From Chloroflexota bacterium (lineage in GTDB: Bacteria; Chloroflexota; UBA4733), in contig JAMCRV010000083.1 of NCBI GenBank assembly GCA_023381555.1, forward strand, positions 1 to 51,791: 51,791 nt of DNA. Direction: 5' to 3'. Positions 48,051-51,791 of the stretch are shown here, in pieces. Numbering within the stretch: the first letter of the stretch is position 1; each line of letters opens with the position of its first letter. Under the pieces are notes generated by a model that worked only from the letters and a program-made list of their open reading frames with translations, was not told the origin of the DNA and searched no databases. The position numbers and the translations under genes were made by a program.

Positions 48051-48122
48051 GTGGCAGAGCCCTACCCGGAGATCGAACCGTACGACCACATGGCGATGCT
48101 CACCGAAGGATTCTTGAATTAG
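48051..48122 (+). pseudogene. Proline iminopeptidase N-terminal stub
   Basis: GAGGAG RBS then VAEPYPEIEPYDH..ML, the characteristic S33 PIP N-terminus; stop after 23 codons. Confidence 0.6.
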
Positions 48123-48156
48123 CTTCACCAAGCGACCGGTATTGGTCGCCCAGGCG

Positions 48157-48681
48157 TCACGACGATCCTGCCGACACTGCCCCGCCGCTTCGCGGTGGTC
48201 CCGTGCGCCCTTCATCCGATGAATCCTCGAGGAGTTCACGATAGATAGTCAAGTAATGCTCGAGCTGCCGTTGCAGACGCGGGGCAATCAGAGCGACCCG
48301 CTTGTCGCCCAGCTCGCGGCCAATCGTTTCGAGCGAAGCGACGAAGCGCGCGCGTCCTGCAGGCGTCAAGGTCAGAGCAATCTCCCGACCCAGGCGCTGG
48401 CGCGCGAGGAGGCCGTGCGCTTCCAGGCGGCGCACGATGTCGGCGACGGTGTTCTTATCGGTCGCCAGGTGGTCCAGTAAGGCGGTCGCCGTCACGGTCT
48501 CTCCCCGGCATTCGCCGGCCGCTACACAGAGCAGCGCATGTTGCTGGGACTCCGTCAGGCCTACCTGGCGGCAGGCCACCTCCAGCGCCTGTACGAGCTG
48601 CCGGACCATCCCACGCACCTCGACTAACACGGCGAGGCTCACCGTGTCGAGCGCGAGGGGGATCTCGGCCTCGGTCGCCAT
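48157..48681 (-). CDS. MarR-family transcriptional regulator
   Basis: GLTESQQHAL, DKNTVADIVRRLEAHGLLAR, LTLTPAGR. RBS GAGGGGAG. Confidence 0.85.
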   Translation of the reverse strand: MATEAEIPLALDTVSLAVLVEVRGMVRQLVQALEVACRQVGLTESQQHALLCVAAGECRGETVTATALLDHLATDKNTVADIVRRLEAHGLLARQRLGREIALTLTPAGRARFVASLETIGRELGDKRVALIAPRLQRQLEHYLTIYRELLEDSSDEGRTGPPRSGGAVSAGSS

Positions 48682-48696
48682 ACGCTCCCCTCGATC

Positions 48697-48728
48697 AGTA
48701 CGATACCCGTACTATTCTACGGTATACT
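48697..48728. promoter_or_regulatory. Putative MarR operator and -10 box in the marR/clc divergent gap
   Basis: AGTACG-N5-CGTACT (48697-48713); TATACT at 48723-48728. Confidence 0.5.
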
Positions 48729-48768
48729 GAGACGTTTGGTGGCAAGGAGCGGCGGCGTGCGACGGAGC

Positions 48769-50968
48769 GTGGCAAACGGGCAGCGGCGCTGGACATTTGG
48801 TCATCCTGTTGCCTTGCGCACTGGCCTGTGGGGCGGCGTGCAGTCGCTCGGACAGACGGAGACGACGGGGCTGCTCGTCCTGGCCGTTCTGATCGGCCTC
48901 GGCTCCGGCTTCGGTGCCGTCGGCTTCCGCAAGCTGATCGATCTCTTCCACGCCACCTTCTTCGGCGCGGGCCAGCTCATCTTCAGTCCGCTCGGCGTGT
49001 TCGCGGTGGTCTTCGTGCCGGCCTTGGGTGGTCTGTTCGTGGGGCCTATCGTCTACTTCTTCGCTCGTGAGGCCAAAGGCCACGGCGTGCCGGAAGTGAT
49101 CGCCGCTATCGCTCTCAATGGTGGGCGTATCCGCCCCCGTGTCGTGGTGGTCAAGGCACTCGCCTCCGCCATCTGTATCGGCAGCGGTGGCTCGGTCGGG
49201 CGGGAAGGCCCGATCGTGCAGATTGGCTCGGCGCTCGGTTCGGCGCTCGGCCAGGTCTTCCACATGTCGGAAGCGCGCATCCGGCTCTTGCTCGCCTGCG
49301 GCGCGGCCGGCGGTATTGCCGCCACCTTCAACGCCCCCATCGCCGGCGTCTTCTTCGCATTGGAAGTGATCCTGGCGGAGTTCGAGACGCGCGCCTTCAG
49401 CATGATCGTCATCAGCTCCGTACTGGCCGCCGTGATCGGGCGTGTCTTCTTCGGCAACCACCCCTCCTTCCAGGTGCCGACCTACCAGTTTGCCAGTCCG
49501 TTCGAGTTGGTGCCCTACGCCGTTCTGGGCGTGCTTGCCGGTCTGCTGGCCGTTATCTTCATCCGCGTGCTCTACGGTACGGAAGACCTCTGGGACCGCT
49601 GGACCATCCCGGAGTACCTCAAGCCGGTTCCCGGTGGCTTGATCATGGGCGTGATCGGCCTACTGGCCTACCGTTTCCAGGCACCGTCGCCGGCCGGGGC
49701 GTCTGACTCCTACCTCTTCGGCGTTGGCTACAACGGCATCGAGCCGGCCCTTTTCAGCCAATTGACCTGGGAGGTAATGCTGCTCTTCCTGGGGCTCAAA
49801 CTGCTCGCCACCTCGATTACCATCGCCAGCGGCGGTTCGGGCGGTGTCTTCTCGCCCAGCCTGTTCCTCGGTGCTATGCTCGGCGGCGTCTTCGGCAGCG
49901 GCGTGCATGCGCTCTTCCCCACCTGGACTGCCCAGCCCGGCGCCTACGCCATGGTCGGTATGGGGGCGCTCTTCGCCGGCGCCGCCCACGCCCCCATCAC
50001 CTCGGTGCTTATCCTCTTCGAGATGACCAACAACTACACTATCATCCTGCCCCTGATGCTCGCCGTCGTGCTCTCGACGCTGCTTGCACAGCGTCTCAGC
50101 CCCAACAGCATCTACCTGCTCAAACTGGTGCGCCGCGGTGTTCAGGCCCGCCGGCCTCGCACGCAGGATGTTCTGGAGACGATCCCAGTCGCGGAGATCA
50201 TGACCACGCCGGTGGAGACGGTGCCGGCGACGTTGGCGATCGAGGACCTGGCCCAACGCTTTAATCAGTCCGGCCATCATGGCTTCCCGGTGATAGACAA
50301 GGCTGGGAAGCTCGCCGGCATCGTTACCCTGGGCGACGTCGAGCAGGCCGTCACCAATGAGCTTCCCGCTCTGACCGTCGCCGAGGTGATGACGCACCAA
50401 GTGGTCACGACCTTTCCGGACGAGTCCGTGCATCAGGCACTGGCCCGCTTCGGGGCGCGCGACGTCGGGCGCATCCCGGTAGTGTCTCGCCAGGACCCCA
50501 CACGCCTAGTTGGGCTGTTGCGGCGGGAGGACATCGTCGGAGCTTACGGCCGGGCGATCGCCGCCCACCGCACTACTCAGACACGCATCGCCCACCTGCA
50601 AGCGCGCGATCCCGCTGGCGCCCACTTTATTGAGCGCACGCTTGGTCCCGCTTCACCCGCTGCCGTGATGGTGCGCGATCTCGGCACATTTGTTCTAACA
50701 CGACGTGCGCGATCTCGGTTTGCCACCCAGTGCGGTCCTGGTCTCGATCAGCCGCAACGGGCGGACGATCATCCCGCGCGGGGATGTCCAGCTCTTGACG
50801 GGCGATCGGCTTCTGTTGCTGGTCGCCGTCGGCGGCGACTCGGCGGTGGACGCCGCGCTCACCGGGGCGAGGCCAGCCACACCAGTGCCGGGAGGGGAGG
50901 AATACGCCTCGCCTAGCCGTCCCGCTCCAGCGCCGTCTGGTACGTCCCACCTTCGAGATCACGGATGA
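48769..50968 (+). pseudogene. CLC (EriC) chloride channel/antiporter with 2 CBS domains and TrkA-C; frameshifted by a 34-bp insertion before TrkA-C
   Basis: GHGVP, GREGP, GGVFSPSLF, two CBS domains. Removing 50685-50718 joins VRDLG to LPPSAVLVSISRNGRTIIPRGD (RCK_C). Alternative start TTG 48736. Confidence 0.88.
50671..50718 (+). repeat. 14-bp direct duplication flanking a 20-bp insert
   Basis: GTGCGCGATCTCGG (50671-50684) + CACATTTGTTCTAACACGAC + GTGCGCGATCTCGG (50705-50718). Confidence 0.95.
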
Positions 50969-51176
50969 CCACCAGCCGGGAGAGCGGAAAGCTGGCGACG
51001 ATAGCCGGCGCGTACTCCGGCGCCGTATCCAGCGGCGCCGAGCGCGCCAGGTAGCTGAAGGACGGCAGCACGCGCCGGATGCGCCGTGGGCCGGCCGGCT
51101 GCCCCTCCAGCGGTGCTGCCTCCTGGCCGCCGGTGACGTCTCCCCACCAGATGCCGGTATATAGGCTGGACGCCGG
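50913..51176 (-). pseudogene. Possible 3' fragment of an unknown gene
   Basis: Open frame ...LYTGIWWGDVTGG...RRVLPSFSYLAR...PEYAPAIVASFPLSRLVVIRDLEGG...* with no convincing start/RBS. Confidence 0.35.
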
Positions 51177-51206
51177 CGCGCACGTCGTGTTAGAACAAAT
51201 GTGCCG
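51177..51206 (-). repeat. Perfect 30-bp inverted copy of 50682-50711
   Basis: CGCGCACGTCGTGTTAGAACAAATGTGCCG is the exact reverse complement of CGGCACATTTGTTCTAACACGACGTGCGCG. Confidence 0.95.
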
Positions 51207-51247
51207 GTTGTGTCCATCCAACAGAGCAGCGAGCGAGAGGAACGGCT

Positions 51248-51488
51248 ATGGCGGTCCAACCCACGGTCCCTATCGACCTTCAGGCGGCGGTTCCGGAGAA
51301 GGGAATACGAGGCGCTTAAGCAGGACCTCGCGCAACGCCATCACCACGACCGGGAGCGGTACGGCCTGGGCAAGCACGAACTTATCAATGCAGTCTTGCA
51401 ACGGGCCCTGGCGCAGCGCCCGGATCCGGACCTGAGGCCGTCAAGGCCACTGACCAATCCTGGCGGTTGGTTGATGCGAGAAGTCTGA
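51248..51488 (+). pseudogene. GrpB/UPF0157-family nucleotidyltransferase-like remnant with internal deletion
   Basis: GAGAGG-ATG stub MAVQPTVPIDLQAAVPEK fused out of frame to EYEALKQDLAQRHHHDRERYGLGKHELINAVLQRA, the GrpB C-terminal signature. Confidence 0.65.
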
Positions 51489-51630
51489 CTGGCACCAGCG
51501 CTGCCCCGTCAACGCTCACACCAACCTGGTCGCCGCGCCGTCCCTACCCGTCGGCGTCCGGGCAGCTGACTCGACCGGCCTTGCCTCAGGTCCGCCGCTG
51601 CCGGTAGGCTCGGAAACTGGTACGCTATTG

Positions 51631-51648
51631 ATCTAACTATAGTTAGAT
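51631..51648. promoter_or_regulatory. Perfect 18-bp palindrome upstream of chrB, overlapping a TATAGT -10-like box
   Basis: ATCTAACTATAGTTAGAT is self-complementary. Confidence 0.75.
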
Positions 51649-51661
51649 GAAAATCTTGCGC

Positions 51662-51791
51662 ATGACCTGGTTGTTCCTCGTCTATACCGTGCCGAGTGAC
51701 CCCTCCCGGAAGCGTGCCTTCATCTGGCGCGAGCTGAAGAAGGTCGGAGCGGTCTATCTGCGCGACGGTGTCTGCGCCTTACCGGAACGGA
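51662..51791 (+). CDS. chrB: ChrB N-terminal-domain protein (chromate-resistance regulator family), partial
   Basis: MTWLFLVYTVPSDPSRKRAFIWRELKKVGAVYLRDGVCALPER; runs off the window edge. Confidence 0.75.
   Translation, partial: MTWLFLVYTVPSDPSRKRAFIWRELKKVGAVYLRDGVCALPER

Larger units (their letters stand above)
43494..51791. mobile_element. Decaying genomic island 3' of tRNA-Lys; right end lies beyond the window
   Basis: Abrupt switch from intact housekeeping genes to many gene remnants, an IS5 fragment, sharp GC steps and resistance/transport cargo. No integrase or attR copy found in the window. Confidence 0.75.

Noticed and set aside
50682-51206. 30-bp inverted repeat interpreted as an integron attC, group II intron junction (..GAC|GTGCG), LexA box (GAAC-N4-GTGC) or MITE
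   Set aside because: The arms are about 470 bp apart with no extrahelical bases; there is no domain V/VI; the LexA half-site is mismatched; and the interior is the CLC gene's own continuation.

Overview
High-GC bacterial chromosome segment, most consistent with a Chloroflexota-type monoderm. That assignment is inference from a YFPxTG-type C-terminal cell-surface domain, a lipoprotein class F sortase and a GAF/HisKA_2 kinase. Bases 1-43,491 are mostly core genes: a TPP riboswitch-controlled thiS-thiG fusion plus thiO, gatCA, pcrA/uvrD, fur-ZIP, polA, an ftsZ/GAF kinase/obgE operon divergent from an orphan parB, a TrkA/CPA2 potassium module, sortase F, a Gld-like ABC system, pepT and tRNA-Lys(CTT). 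Oddities in this part are an S9 peptidase split by a single in-frame TGA, a stand-alone recombinase DNA-binding-domain gene preceded by an att-like palindrome, and a GNAT-like gene lacking the CoA motif upstream of ftsZ. Directly after tRNA-Lys the sequence becomes a mosaic island running off the window end. It holds about nine gene remnants: SRAP, IS5 transposase, methyltransferase, AAA ATPase, proline iminopeptidase, GrpB, two unassigned fragments and a frameshifted CLC channel. It also holds an AT-rich HAD gene, MarR, the start of chrB, and a nearly intact two-gene module (small helical protein plus HExxH metallopeptidase), which is the best candidate for an uncharacterised conflict/defence system. 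The CLC gene is broken by a 14-bp duplication around a 20-bp insert copied from the opposite strand about 470 bp away, a clear template-switch signature. No CRISPR array or rRNA was seen. All family assignments come from motif recognition only; no database searches were run.
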